The notes beneath the pieces are model-generated. The model worked only from the letters and a program-made list of their open reading frames with translations. It ran no database searches and was not told the DNA's origin. Source: a virus (Duplodnaviria; Heunggongvirae; Uroviricota; Caudoviricetes). From it: a stretch of 64,000 nucleotides of DNA. The position numbers and the translations under genes were made by a program. The DNA is taken from IMG/VR virus record IMGVR_UViG_2706796243_000001. One strand, written 5' to 3'. Below, in pieces: positions 18,473-27,408 of this stretch. The stretch's first letter is position 1. Each line of letters opens with the position of its first letter.

Positions 18473-19552
18473 TCAAGCATCGATCTTGGCCCAGCAGATA
18501 TCTTGAGCGGTCATAAGTACACGAGCGGCGAGTTCAAGATCGGTTGTTTTTGGGAGATCTGTCTTTTTGTACAGGTCTTCTCGGATATAACGATCTTTCT
18601 CGTCAGCCCAAGCAAGAAGCTCTTCAAGGGTCCACTTGCCACCACGGATATCAAGCAGTTCCTGAGCGTCAGGCCGCTTAACCAGAACTTTACCGTCAGT
18701 AAGAATCTCTTCCGCCATACGCATCAGGCGCACGAGGTGCATCGCATGTTTGGTATCGTATCCGAACTGGACTTCGAGTTCATGACGAGCCTCATTGCGA
18801 TTTTCCTTCCACGTCCAGTAGTTCCGGTGCTTCTCTTTCGCCAGCTTGTGCTCTTCTGCCAGATATTTTACGATAAACAAAGGCTTACGCTTTTTATCCG
18901 CATCGGTCAGTTGCTGGTAATCGACATTACGAATCGATCCGTCAGCATTGAATAGGCCAGAACTATTAAAGTTCTCCATCACACCGTAAACGTTGTTACC
19001 GTAAGGTACGAGGATGCAGAAGCTGTTCAGGCCGTCCAGTGCCTGCATGAAATCCTCATGTTTCAGTAACGGGTGCTCGCTGTAGTTATGCACCAAGCGG
19101 AAAAACTCCTTCTGGGTTGGCTTTGCTTCAGGTTGTGGATTGCTGATCCACTTATCGTGACCACGAATACGCTTAAGCTGTGCCATTGCATAGCCTGAGA
19201 AGCTAAAGGCCACCTTGCTCGATAGCAGTTCTGGTGCCATTGTACGTAGATAGTCATACGCATCAGAGCTTTGCAGAATATCCTTCTCATCTACGAACAT
19301 AAGCTCGATGATGTTGGGGTTCATCTCCACGAAAAGCTTCATGAAGTTTGTCAGTTCATAAATCTTCCCATCTTCTTCGTCAGCAAGGGTTTGCTCCTTG
19401 ATATTGAAGAATGGTGTGCGGATGAACTTCGGTTCTGCACAGAAAAGCCCTCGGATATCGGTATCCGATGTTGGGAGGTTAGTCCCATAAGCGATGCTGC
19501 CAGAGTAGCAACGCATCAAGTCTACAGTTTTCATATTTCTCCTTAAGAGCAA
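18473..19552 (-). CDS. Pol-beta-superfamily nucleotidyltransferase, C-terminal helical region with an R-x4-H (HEPN-like) motif
   Basis: N-terminal SGSIAYGTNLPTSDTDIRG matches the minimal NTase signature G[GS]x9-13Dx[DE]; downstream RNEARH. Confidence 0.55.
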   Translation of the reverse strand: MLLRRNMKTVDLMRCYSGSIAYGTNLPTSDTDIRGLFCAEPKFIRTPFFNIKEQTLADEEDGKIYELTNFMKLFVEMNPNIIELMFVDEKDILQSSDAYDYLRTMAPELLSSKVAFSFSGYAMAQLKRIRGHDKWISNPQPEAKPTQKEFFRLVHNYSEHPLLKHEDFMQALDGLNSFCILVPYGNNVYGVMENFNSSGLFNADGSIRNVDYQQLTDADKKRKPLFIVKYLAEEHKLAKEKHRNYWTWKENRNEARHELEVQFGYDTKHAMHLVRLMRMAEEILTDGKVLVKRPDAQELLDIRGGKWTLEELLAWADEKDRYIREDLYKKTDLPKTTDLELAARVLMTAQDICWAKIDA

Positions 19553-19905
19553 ACAAGATTGGATGGTCGGTTTTTATCCCAGAAATTCAAGAGATCTTGG
19601 TACTTGATCTTCTCCTCCAAGAATTTCGCCTCGTCTCTCAAACGAATGATCTCCTGAATCAATAAAACTACCTCGTCCGGATACCAGCCTGTTGGCTCTT
19701 CTGCCTTGATCATGCACTCGCCCGACTTCCATTTCGACATGGAATAACGGTGTGCTGGATCTGGGTGATTAGGCCAAGAATCAACAAGGATTTTCGCCTT
19801 ATTTCCCTTGATTTGGTTTACCTTACCAGGGCGCAATTCATTGCCTCCCCAGTAGATATAAACCTCGTCACCAATCTTCAAGTCCTCTCCACGAACGTCT
19901 TTCAT
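19543..19905 (-). CDS. hypothetical protein (120 aa)
   Basis: ORF. Confidence 0.45.
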   Translation of the reverse strand: MKDVRGEDLKIGDEVYIYWGGNELRPGKVNQIKGNKAKILVDSWPNHPDPAHRYSMSKWKSGECMIKAEEPTGWYPDEVVLLIQEIIRLRDEAKFLEEKIKYQDLLNFWDKNRPSNLVCS

Positions 19906-19914
19906 TTATCCACC

Positions 19915-20247
19915 TTAGCTCAAGTAGCTCACCGATACAAGCACAAAGAAAAGAACATTCAGGCCGATGGATACCAGCATCTTTTCGTTCTTGATTACTT
20001 TCTCCTGCAAGATTGCACGGGCAGACAAAATATGTCTCCACATCCAAATCCCAAACAGGATTCCTGCGAACAGCCCAGCAGAAGGTGGGATCAGGGTTGT
20101 TACCATCATCAAGCCCTCGATAACGGCAAGGCAGACGAACATGGAGAAACTTCTTGCCTCCATCTTGAAATCTTCCCCGCTCATCCAGTGACGGGTCAGC
20201 AATACCACACCAAGCAGGGTGAATAGGGTATAAATTGTGTAGATCAT
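19915..20247 (-). CDS. hypothetical integral membrane protein (110 aa, ~4 TM helices)
   Basis: Hydrophobic profile. Confidence 0.45.
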   Translation of the reverse strand: MIYTIYTLFTLLGVVLLTRHWMSGEDFKMEARSFSMFVCLAVIEGLMMVTTLIPPSAGLFAGILFGIWMWRHILSARAILQEKVIKNEKMLVSIGLNVLFFVLVSVSYLS

Positions 20248-20429
20248 TATTCGGCGTCCTTTAACAGTTGTTGTTCAACACCTTTTACCACATCCCGCAG
20301 GGCGAGGTCAAAGAAATTCGTATTCTTTTTGTAATCTGACCCGATAGTTCGGATCTCAGTAGTAGCGATCAGCGTAGCTGAACGGATCATCTCGATAATC
20401 ACACTGCGGTCAAGTTCACTTACTTTCAT
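20247..20429 (-). CDS. hypothetical protein (60 aa)
   Basis: Short ORF. Confidence 0.3.
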   Translation of the reverse strand: MKVSELDRSVIIEMIRSATLIATTEIRTIGSDYKKNTNFFDLALRDVVKGVEQQLLKDAE

Positions 20430-20430
20430 C

Positions 20431-20919
20431 TTATTCTCCTTTCAGTCGGAATGATTTGATCATTGTGATCAGGTCTTTTTCAGGTTGTGTGTAGTTATGC
20501 ACCACATTTCCCATTTCATCGCGGTACTGGTTGGCTACCACAGGGGCGATGTACTTACCGGGTTGGTACAGATTGACCACATCGGAATACTGCGGGTCAT
20601 ACATGTACTGTGGCAATACCACAGCTACTGCTGTCATAGCGCCGTTCAGTGCATCCTGTTCTTCACAGAAAGAGGCCCACGGATAAGTGCTGCTCAGAGG
20701 TTTCAACTTCTCACACAGTTCTTGCAATGACGACTGGTATCCACCATTGAGGACGATCACGGTCTTATCGCGGTCAGCCCAATCCCACAACAGGTTTCCG
20801 GCATTGTTCCGGCGTTGAGAGTAATCCAAGAACATCTCAGACATCGCGTGTGCTGACTGGATACCTGCGTGAATGCCAGCAATGTATTGATTTACCACGC
20901 AGTACATACGTGTCTTCAT
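20431..20919 (-). CDS. hypothetical protein (162 aa), weak PTH2-like N-terminus
   Basis: CVVNQYIAGIHAGIQSAHA loosely resembles the PTH2 GKiAAQcsHA segment; tentative. Confidence 0.4.
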   Translation of the reverse strand: MKTRMYCVVNQYIAGIHAGIQSAHAMSEMFLDYSQRRNNAGNLLWDWADRDKTVIVLNGGYQSSLQELCEKLKPLSSTYPWASFCEEQDALNGAMTAVAVVLPQYMYDPQYSDVVNLYQPGKYIAPVVANQYRDEMGNVVHNYTQPEKDLITMIKSFRLKGE

Positions 20920-21134
20920 TTCTTTCTCCTTGCAATAACAAAATCTTCTTCAAAAATGGCGGCAATGGTGCCACCCACCAAACAGAAAAGTCCGAGAGGC
21001 CAAAAGACGATCATCAGCAGCCCGATGCCGACGGATGATGAACTTATCTTATCCATACAAAACCAATCCAACGCCAGAATCGTCAACATAGCCAGTATAC
21101 CAATGCACAAATAAATTACAAGCTCAATAGGCAT
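20916..21134 (-). CDS. hypothetical membrane protein (72 aa)
   Basis: Two TM helices; contains the dispersed 18-mer GGCGGCAATGGTGCCACC on the opposite strand. Confidence 0.35.
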   Translation of the reverse strand: MPIELVIYLCIGILAMLTILALDWFCMDKISSSSVGIGLLMIVFWPLGLFCLVGGTIAAIFEEDFVIARRKK

Positions 21135-21144
21135 TATTTTTCCC

Positions 21145-21372
21145 CTATTTGAAAAATTGTGTGAACTTAAACATGGCGCTTCTGTACGATGGATGCAATG
21201 CGTAATTGCATCCCTTATCCACGCACCAGTCGCTTGCCTTGTTCCTTAAGGCCACGAGGCCGCACCATGCACAAACCTGCTTCCCTGCGTGTTTGTCAGC
21301 GTAAAAGTGATGTTTCTCGTATGTGTACTCTTCCTTATCCGATTTCTTCATACAGAACTCCTTACCAGGCAA
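21145..21372 (-). CDS. small Cys-rich protein (75 aa)
   Basis: CAWCG...C..KGC. Confidence 0.35.
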   Translation of the reverse strand: MPGKEFCMKKSDKEEYTYEKHHFYADKHAGKQVCAWCGLVALRNKASDWCVDKGCNYALHPSYRSAMFKFTQFFK

Positions 21373-22615
21373 TTTGACGCTGTGTGACGCTGCGGATTGC
21401 GTCGATACGTGCCACCCTAATCATTTCCCCGATCTCAATCCCTGTTTTGCCCTTGCTCAAACCTTCAGCGGAGATTACTTTGGTATCTACCGCCACCATG
21501 CACCGGAAAGCATCCATCAGAACGTAGCCCTGTGGGTAAGGTTCTGCTGCCTTTGTCGGGCCACGGCCTTTTGCATCACAGAAACATGCGTCAGCCAGGG
21601 CGCTGACCTTCATAGCTGTCTTGATGCTCTTTACGTTACCAGCAGCTTCGAAAAGCTTCATTAGTGATCGCGGTTTTGCACCCTTGTTTCCACCACGAGG
21701 GGCGATGCAATGAACACGCGTATGGTGCTCAGTCACGTAGCGAGCAACGTCACGGAAATCGTTTGGCACACGAATACGTTCACACAGTGCATCAACCGGA
21801 GCAAGCCCTGCCTCTTCATGACCGAGCAGGTTCCCATACTTGGAGAATGTCACGGCCTTGCCAAAGTCGTGACACAGGACTGCAAACTTCGTGTATGGGT
21901 TTGCCTCGTACTGGTCTGCGATATCTAGGCACAGCAATGTGTGTATGAATGCGTCACCTTCCGGATGGTGTTCCGGAGGTTGCTCTACACCACGCAGCGA
22001 TTCCAGTTCTGGCAACTCGCCCAGTTCTGCCATTGCTTCAGCATAGGAACGGAAGTTATCAGACCCAAGAGCCTTTTCCATCTCTTTCCACTTACGCTCG
22101 CCACTGATACTTTCAAGTTCGTGACGGTTCTGGTAACAAAGAGATTTGGTCTCCGGATGGAGATCCCATTCCTTACCCAACTGCGCTTTGAATCTGTAAG
22201 CTCTCAGAATACGCAGAGGATCATCAAGAAACGCCAACGTTGTGTGTCGCAGGACCTTCTTTTCGATATCATATTGACCACCGAACGGGTCAATGATTTC
22301 TCCGGTATCCAGATCCTGAGCCATCGCATTAATAGTCAGATCCCGACGAGACAGGTCTTCTGCCAGTGTTACATCAGGGCTGAAAAAGGTCTCAAAACCT
22401 TTGTGACCGCTTCCAACCTTACGTTCAGTTCGAGCGAGCGCGTATTCTTCCTTGGTCTCCGGATGGAGGTATACCGGGAAGGAAGCGCCAACCTGGATGA
22501 ACCCTTTTTCAATCATTTGTTCGTGTGTTGCACCCACAACCACGTAGTCACGGTCGTGGACTTCACGGCCCAGCAAACCGTCACGTACTGCGCCACCTAC
22601 CAAATATACCTTCAT
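21362..22615 (-). CDS. cca: CCA tRNA nucleotidyltransferase with HD phosphohydrolase domain (full-length, class II bacterial type)
   Basis: MKVYLVGGAVRDGLLG...DRDYVVVG N-terminus is collinear with E. coli Cca; HD motif HHPEGDAFIHT; 417 aa. Confidence 0.85.
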   Translation of the reverse strand: MKVYLVGGAVRDGLLGREVHDRDYVVVGATHEQMIEKGFIQVGASFPVYLHPETKEEYALARTERKVGSGHKGFETFFSPDVTLAEDLSRRDLTINAMAQDLDTGEIIDPFGGQYDIEKKVLRHTTLAFLDDPLRILRAYRFKAQLGKEWDLHPETKSLCYQNRHELESISGERKWKEMEKALGSDNFRSYAEAMAELGELPELESLRGVEQPPEHHPEGDAFIHTLLCLDIADQYEANPYTKFAVLCHDFGKAVTFSKYGNLLGHEEAGLAPVDALCERIRVPNDFRDVARYVTEHHTRVHCIAPRGGNKGAKPRSLMKLFEAAGNVKSIKTAMKVSALADACFCDAKGRGPTKAAEPYPQGYVLMDAFRCMVAVDTKVISAEGLSKGKTGIEIGEMIRVARIDAIRSVTQRQIAW

Positions 22616-22624
22616 CTTTTCTCC

Positions 22625-22915
22625 TTAGAAATCTTCGTGAATATATGTTTTATAAATTTGTCTTAATGATTTCTTGTTGCTGAAGATGTCATACTCTTCA
22701 AGACCAGTCTCACCCTCAATGAAGAAGGTAAATTGCACACTGTTCCAACCATGCCCGTGATTAGACAATACCACTTCGGTGCTCGACCTGTCAATAGCAA
22801 CTTCAGTAACAAGAAGAATTTCTTCCTGATCGTGAGTTTTTAAAAATTCACGGGCCTTTTCCATGTCGTCATTCCAACCATTCTGGGGGTCAGTCAATTT
22901 TGCATAGAGATTCAT
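22625..22915 (-). CDS. hypothetical protein (96 aa)
   Basis: ORF. Confidence 0.4.
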   Translation of the reverse strand: MNLYAKLTDPQNGWNDDMEKAREFLKTHDQEEILLVTEVAIDRSSTEVVLSNHGHGWNSVQFTFFIEGETGLEEYDIFSNKKSLRQIYKTYIHEDF

Positions 22916-23229
22916 TCGGTGATCCCCAGTTCTTCTGCGGTGTACACATCGTTGCCTTCATACCAAACACCGTTGATACGGAAAGCAAAAATTCGGTTTA
23001 GGATTCCACCACCAAACCCATCTCTGCTTCTGGATTTTCCACCTTTGGTAAGAAATACATCGCTACGGACTGTAGAGGTGAAACAAAACTGGCCTTCTTG
23101 GTCGAACACAACTACAGCGGTATCAGCAGGAACTTCCACAATTGTGGTTACCACCTGACCCACTGTGGAGGGTGTCCCCATGTTCTCATTGCACAGGTCT
23201 TTAACAACGGTGTATGTTTTATTAATCAT
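22912..23229 (-). CDS. hypothetical protein (105 aa)
   Basis: ORF with ATGA overlap. Confidence 0.4.
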   Translation of the reverse strand: MINKTYTVVKDLCNENMGTPSTVGQVVTTIVEVPADTAVVVFDQEGQFCFTSTVRSDVFLTKGGKSRSRDGFGGGILNRIFAFRINGVWYEGNDVYTAEELGITE

Positions 23230-23254
23230 TTATTTTCTCCTGTTTTGTTTCAGT

Positions 23255-23647
23255 TTAGACAAGGCCGTACTGCTTTTGTAACTTCCATTCTGCATCGGTG
23301 ATGTACATTTTACGCACTGTTTGTCGGATGTCGTAAAAGCCGATGTCGGTGTCTTTATTTTCAGCGTCGTACTTTTCTTCCCCAAGGGCTTCCAAAATAG
23401 AAGCGTCGTGGCCCATCGGGTCATAACCCAGTGCTGCCTTACGGAACATAAACAACCAGCGTCCCTCATCGTCCTGCTCGTCGTCTGCCATTTCCGGGAG
23501 ACTGTCTGCATGTTCCTGCCAGTAGTTGTACAGCTTAACAGCGTCCTCTGGGGATTTCAAGCCAAATGAAAGGTTTTCGTTTTGCCATCCCAGCCAATCA
23601 GCTATCGCCAAAAGCTTTTCACGGGCATTGAGTTCGGTCATCATCAT
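23255..23647 (-). CDS. hypothetical protein (130 aa)
   Basis: ORF. Confidence 0.45.
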   Translation of the reverse strand: MMMTELNAREKLLAIADWLGWQNENLSFGLKSPEDAVKLYNYWQEHADSLPEMADDEQDDEGRWLFMFRKAALGYDPMGHDASILEALGEEKYDAENKDTDIGFYDIRQTVRKMYITDAEWKLQKQYGLV

Positions 23648-23868
23648 TCCCCTTTGTAAATCGTCGCCATGAAGTCTTCACGATAAACATCCTTCAGTTC
23701 TGCGGAGAACTCTTTACTGCCGAACTCGTGCGTCCATACGGATCGGCCCAGGCGCTTTTCGACATCTTCGTGAAACAGGTTGAACGGACAGCAAAGGATT
23801 CCTGTGAACCCGGTGATGATCAGGGCCTGTTCTTTGGTAAGACTTTGTTTCATTTGTTGTTCTCCCAT
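23644..23868 (-). CDS. hypothetical protein (74 aa)
   Basis: ORF. Confidence 0.35.
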   Translation of the reverse strand: MGEQQMKQSLTKEQALIITGFTGILCCPFNLFHEDVEKRLGRSVWTHEFGSKEFSAELKDVYREDFMATIYKGE

Positions 23869-24125
23869 TGGTTCATGTATTTGACCAGATCTTTTAGTGA
23901 TCTATTTCCGTCGAGTGGATAAACCATATCGTCCTCCATCCCGCCGTGTTTCAACATCTTGATTAATCGAGTATACACACTCTCAGGGCGATTGCAACGT
24001 TTAACTTTCCAAATCTTCCCGTCAGGGCAGTAATCCTTCTCCTCTGTCGAGATATGGATAAGGTCACCCATGTATTCTCCGAAGCGGATGGTCTCTAAAG
24101 GACGGTAGTAAATGTAAAATCGCAT
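23850..24125 (-). CDS. hypothetical protein (91 aa)
   Basis: ORF. Confidence 0.4.
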   Translation of the reverse strand: MRFYIYYRPLETIRFGEYMGDLIHISTEEKDYCPDGKIWKVKRCNRPESVYTRLIKMLKHGGMEDDMVYPLDGNRSLKDLVKYMNQWENNK

Positions 24126-24180
24126 GTTGTTCTCCTCTGTTGGAAAACAGCTTAAGTGTTTATTTTCTCCATGTCAAGTA

Positions 24181-24212
24181 CAAAAACGAAAAAACCCGCC
24201 GAAGCGGGTTTA
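24181..24212 (-). terminator. rho-independent terminator (AAACCCGC-TTCG-GCGGGTTT + T-run on minus strand)
   Basis: Hairpin with a T-run on the minus strand, right after the stop at 24214. Confidence 0.65.
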
Positions 24213-24213
24213 T

Positions 24214-24495
24214 TTACCATGTTACGAAAAAGTTTATTGCAGTGCCTTGTTTTGTTGGTTGGTAGCTGATGATATCGACTGTGAAACCGCCACCACGAAG
24301 ATCGCCAACAATATGGGGCAGATAATCATTCATCTCCTCCGGGAACTGGAGAGAAAGTCCCATCCCGTACATCCCCTTCCTCGCACACTGCGCTATCCCG
24401 TCCACTATCTGATCGTACAGTTCCTTCAGTGACTCCGGGGTTTGCTTTTCTCCGTTGTTTGCGATCTCTCGCATCTTGTTTGCGACATTCGTCAC
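24214..24495 (-). CDS. hypothetical protein (93 aa)
   Basis: Normal composition; overlaps the 3' tail of the MTase ORF in another frame. Confidence 0.4.
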   Translation of the reverse strand: MTNVANKMREIANNGEKQTPESLKELYDQIVDGIAQCARKGMYGMGLSLQFPEEMNDYLPHIVGDLRGGGFTVDIISYQPTKQGTAINFFVTW

Positions 24496-25006
24496 TCTGT
24501 CCCTCCAGGAAATAAAATGGCTTCAGGCCGAGCTTGTTTTTCTTGTCCCAAACAAACCAGGCATAACCACTGCCATCGGTTTTTCCATCGTCTGTAAATG
24601 ATGGCCTTTGAGAAAGAACCAAAAGAGAACTGATTGGGTTCTCCTGCCACCACTCCCAACGCTTCATGCTCTCAAGGAATCCTATCCTCAACAACATGAT
24701 CACAACATCCGCCTCTCCAAGTGCCTTGGTGACGAACTCTTGCGCCAAAGAGTATGGTGGGTTGGTCACAACCATATCTACGTGGTTGTACTCGGTGTTA
24801 AGATAATCTACGCCCTGACGGATTTCACCCCACGCGCTTCCCAAAGGCAGGAAGTTGTAGATCCTACCGGAGCCTCTGCAAGGCTCCAAGTAAGTTTTGG
24901 TGTAATCAATCGGGATAACCTTTAAAAGGGCCTCAACAGCCCAAGTCGGGGTTTCGTAGACATCGTATGCCCTGCGCTCTTCCTTCTTTTTTAAAGGTGC
25001 AGACAT
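24326..25006 (-). CDS. DNA N6-adenine methyltransferase (DPPY motif); the C-terminal ~55 codons are low-complexity and may be read-through
   Basis: VVTNPPYSL motif IV; ends WFVWDKKNK, after which the reading frame overlaps the next gene. Confidence 0.65.
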   Translation of the reverse strand: MSAPLKKKEERRAYDVYETPTWAVEALLKVIPIDYTKTYLEPCRGSGRIYNFLPLGSAWGEIRQGVDYLNTEYNHVDMVVTNPPYSLAQEFVTKALGEADVVIMLLRIGFLESMKRWEWWQENPISSLLVLSQRPSFTDDGKTDGSGYAWFVWDKKNKLGLKPFYFLEGQSDECRKQDARDRKQRRKANPGVTEGTVRSDSGRDSAVCEEGDVRDGTFSPVPGGDE

Positions 25007-25962
25007 TAGCTCCCCATTTGCTCCAGAATACTTGCAACGATTTCCTCAGAGGCTTTGAGGATTTCACCAATCAGTTCCTGGCGATTTCGAGTGGTAACCT
25101 TCAGAGGTTCTTCAGAGCCTGCTGCCAGCGCACCGATCTGAGACAGGATGGATTGCAGTTCTTCCACATTGAAGGCATCAAAATCTTTTGCACTCAGCGT
25201 GGATACATCGAACTTGAACATTTCCCCGTCAACATCAATCTTCAGAAACACGCTCTCAGGCTCACCTTCTGGCAGGTTGTTCAGGTCAACATTCTCAACG
25301 ACCTTTTTCTCCTCTTTAGCCTTCTTCTCCCCGGAAATGATTGGGTTCTGACCTTGCTGCATACGTTTGATGTTTTTCTCATCCAACAGCACCGCAGTGG
25401 TACGCTTAACGATCTCGATCTCATCCATCCACACCTGACCACCACCTTTGATGGTTGCAATCTCAGTATCGGTCAGAACCCCGGTGTAGAAGGTGTCAAT
25501 CAGACGATCAAAATAATGCTTCTCGAATGCAATCTGAGCGTACATGTTTGCACCATCACCGAAAGTTCCGCCCTGATAATTATGGAACATGAACTCTGTC
25601 AGTGGTGACACTGTGCGATCCTTACAGGCCAGCCACAAAACTGTCCCGGCAGAACAAACGTTGCCTTCGGCATGGGTGACGATCTGTGCCTGACTCTCAC
25701 GGATCGCACTGACATACGCCATAGCGATATAAACTACCCCACCAGGACTGTTAATCACCACCCGGATCGTGTCATCAGGGCTTGCCTGGCGGATAACTTG
25801 CAGACGATCCTGATGGTCTTCCAGCCATGACAGATCATCAATGTAGATGACGTGATCGTGAGAGTGGACCGGGTAGCTATAAATGTTCCCACTCATCCCC
25901 GGCAGCATACCGAAAAAGTTTTTGTTCTGTTCCATGTTAATCCTCCTCGCGAGCGTTTGCAA
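25006..25962 (-). CDS. ClpP-family (S14) serine peptidase-like protein
   Basis: INSPGGVV...YIAMAY ClpP-like core, followed by an acidic/Lys-rich C-terminal extension. Confidence 0.6.
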   Translation of the reverse strand: MQTLARRINMEQNKNFFGMLPGMSGNIYSYPVHSHDHVIYIDDLSWLEDHQDRLQVIRQASPDDTIRVVINSPGGVVYIAMAYVSAIRESQAQIVTHAEGNVCSAGTVLWLACKDRTVSPLTEFMFHNYQGGTFGDGANMYAQIAFEKHYFDRLIDTFYTGVLTDTEIATIKGGGQVWMDEIEIVKRTTAVLLDEKNIKRMQQGQNPIISGEKKAKEEKKVVENVDLNNLPEGEPESVFLKIDVDGEMFKFDVSTLSAKDFDAFNVEELQSILSQIGALAAGSEEPLKVTTRNRQELIGEILKASEEIVASILEQMGS

Positions 25963-26428
25963 TGTAGCCTTTCAGAATGTAAGCATTCTTCATCAGCCAG
26001 TCAATGTAGTACCCTGTCTCGTCATCCACAAGCACTTGATCGCTGTACTTGAATGTCACGAGAACTTTTCTTGCCCTCTCAGAGGCTAACGCTGCTGTGT
26101 GCAGCAATGTGAACTCATTCAGTTCCTTCGGACTGATATTCACATAACTCGATTCACGACCCTGATGATCCAGATAAATCAGATGATTAAGTAGATCACG
26201 TCTGTCCGGAAACATCCAACGAGCATCACGTTCAGCCACCTTTTCGCTGTAGATAATACGAGTAAGAAACCCATCATTCATCTCGTACAAACTCTGTGCT
26301 ATTACCTTACGGTAAAAGGTGAAAAGCTTCGTTACTTCTTCCTCGAAAAATTCAGGCTCGACAACACCACAATTCTTCAGTTCCATAAGTTTTCGATGGG
26401 AAACAACCCCATGAATACTAACTGTCAT
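25937..26428 (-). CDS. hypothetical protein (163 aa)
   Basis: ORF. Confidence 0.45.
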   Translation of the reverse strand: MTVSIHGVVSHRKLMELKNCGVVEPEFFEEEVTKLFTFYRKVIAQSLYEMNDGFLTRIIYSEKVAERDARWMFPDRRDLLNHLIYLDHQGRESSYVNISPKELNEFTLLHTAALASERARKVLVTFKYSDQVLVDDETGYYIDWLMKNAYILKGYIANAREED

Positions 26429-26435
26429 ACTCCTC

Positions 26436-26759
26436 CTATCGAGCTATCAGGTACTTAACTTCACCGTCATCTCCACGGTATCCTGCATCCACAATGTAAA
26501 ACAGCCCGAAATTGTCCAGCTTTACTGTATCTCCGACCACAAGAGTTTTCTTGGACTCGTACTCTAGAGATTCAGTCAGATGTTTGAACTGATTCGTGTC
26601 ATCTGTGGTGCAAACATAACGAATCTCCCCACCTGCTTCGGTAACATAAATCCGTTTTCCCGTCTTTTTAGCCAGAACCCAGCCCTTTCTTTCAACCTTC
26701 ACAAGGCAGTAGGACTGATTCAGCTTCTCTCTAAACCTGGACACCTCGTTTCCTCTCAA
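26436..26759 (-). CDS. hypothetical protein (107 aa)
   Basis: ORF. Confidence 0.45.
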   Translation of the reverse strand: MRGNEVSRFREKLNQSYCLVKVERKGWVLAKKTGKRIYVTEAGGEIRYVCTTDDTNQFKHLTESLEYESKKTLVVGDTVKLDNFGLFYIVDAGYRGDDGEVKYLIAR

Positions 26760-27408
26760 GACTGGTCAGGAACTGCTCAAGCAAGGCCAAGCGCTCCGGA
26801 GTGTTTAGGTTAAGCGTCCTCACGCCATACTTTTTGGCGAGATTGACAGCCGTTGCAGTTCCGCCTTTTGGGTTGCCATGCTTATCTTCCGAAGCATAGT
26901 AAAGGCAGAAGGCAGAGGGCTTTGGATCAAGGATGTTTGCTCCCAGAACTTGATGCACATTACGGGAATGGAGTGCAAAAGCACCTCTTTTCCTTTTCAG
27001 AGCCTCATAATTCGGATGGATTTCCTCAACCAACTGATCCCTTTTATGCTTTTGTTCAGGCATGAGATGATCAAGGTAACTCAAGGGATAATCCCAGAAG
27101 TCCCAAAGGTCTTCATTGTCTGAAGCAAAGCCGTCCCAAGGGATGTAAATCTCTGCCAAGCGTGTACGATACTCTTTCTTCTTTCCATTGTCAAGAGTTT
27201 CGTCATATTTTTGCATCCCTCTCTGAAATGCAGCATCCGCTCCTCCAGCTTTCCCACTTCGAAGAGTGAATCCGAGCCTGGCGAGACGGAAAGCAGCGTC
27301 TTCCATGACGCTGATAACCTCTGGGGGTGTTTCGCGTGATCCTACCCCAGTATAATATGCCATATTCCTCCTGTTAAGAAGCCATCGGCGTGTACAGTTT
27401 TGCGTCAC
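26731..27408 (-). CDS. SLOG/DprA-like Rossmann-fold protein (predicted nucleotide or ADP-ribose binding)
   Basis: YTGVGSRETP...LRSGKAGGADAAFQ matches the DprA/SLOG G-x-G-sR and SGgA.G.D motifs. Confidence 0.45.
   Translation of the reverse strand: MTQNCTRRWLLNRRNMAYYTGVGSRETPPEVISVMEDAAFRLARLGFTLRSGKAGGADAAFQRGMQKYDETLDNGKKKEYRTRLAEIYIPWDGFASDNEDLWDFWDYPLSYLDHLMPEQKHKRDQLVEEIHPNYEALKRKRGAFALHSRNVHQVLGANILDPKPSAFCLYYASEDKHGNPKGGTATAVNLAKKYGVRTLNLNTPERLALLEQFLTSLERKRGVQV

Noticed and set aside
21941-22666. 241-aa plus-strand ORF
   Set aside because: It lies entirely antisense to the well-supported cca gene (21362-22615) and has odd composition (Phe, Leu and Gln rich); a shadow ORF.
24967-25608. 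213-aa plus-strand ORF
   Set aside because: Antisense to the ClpP-like gene; a shadow ORF.
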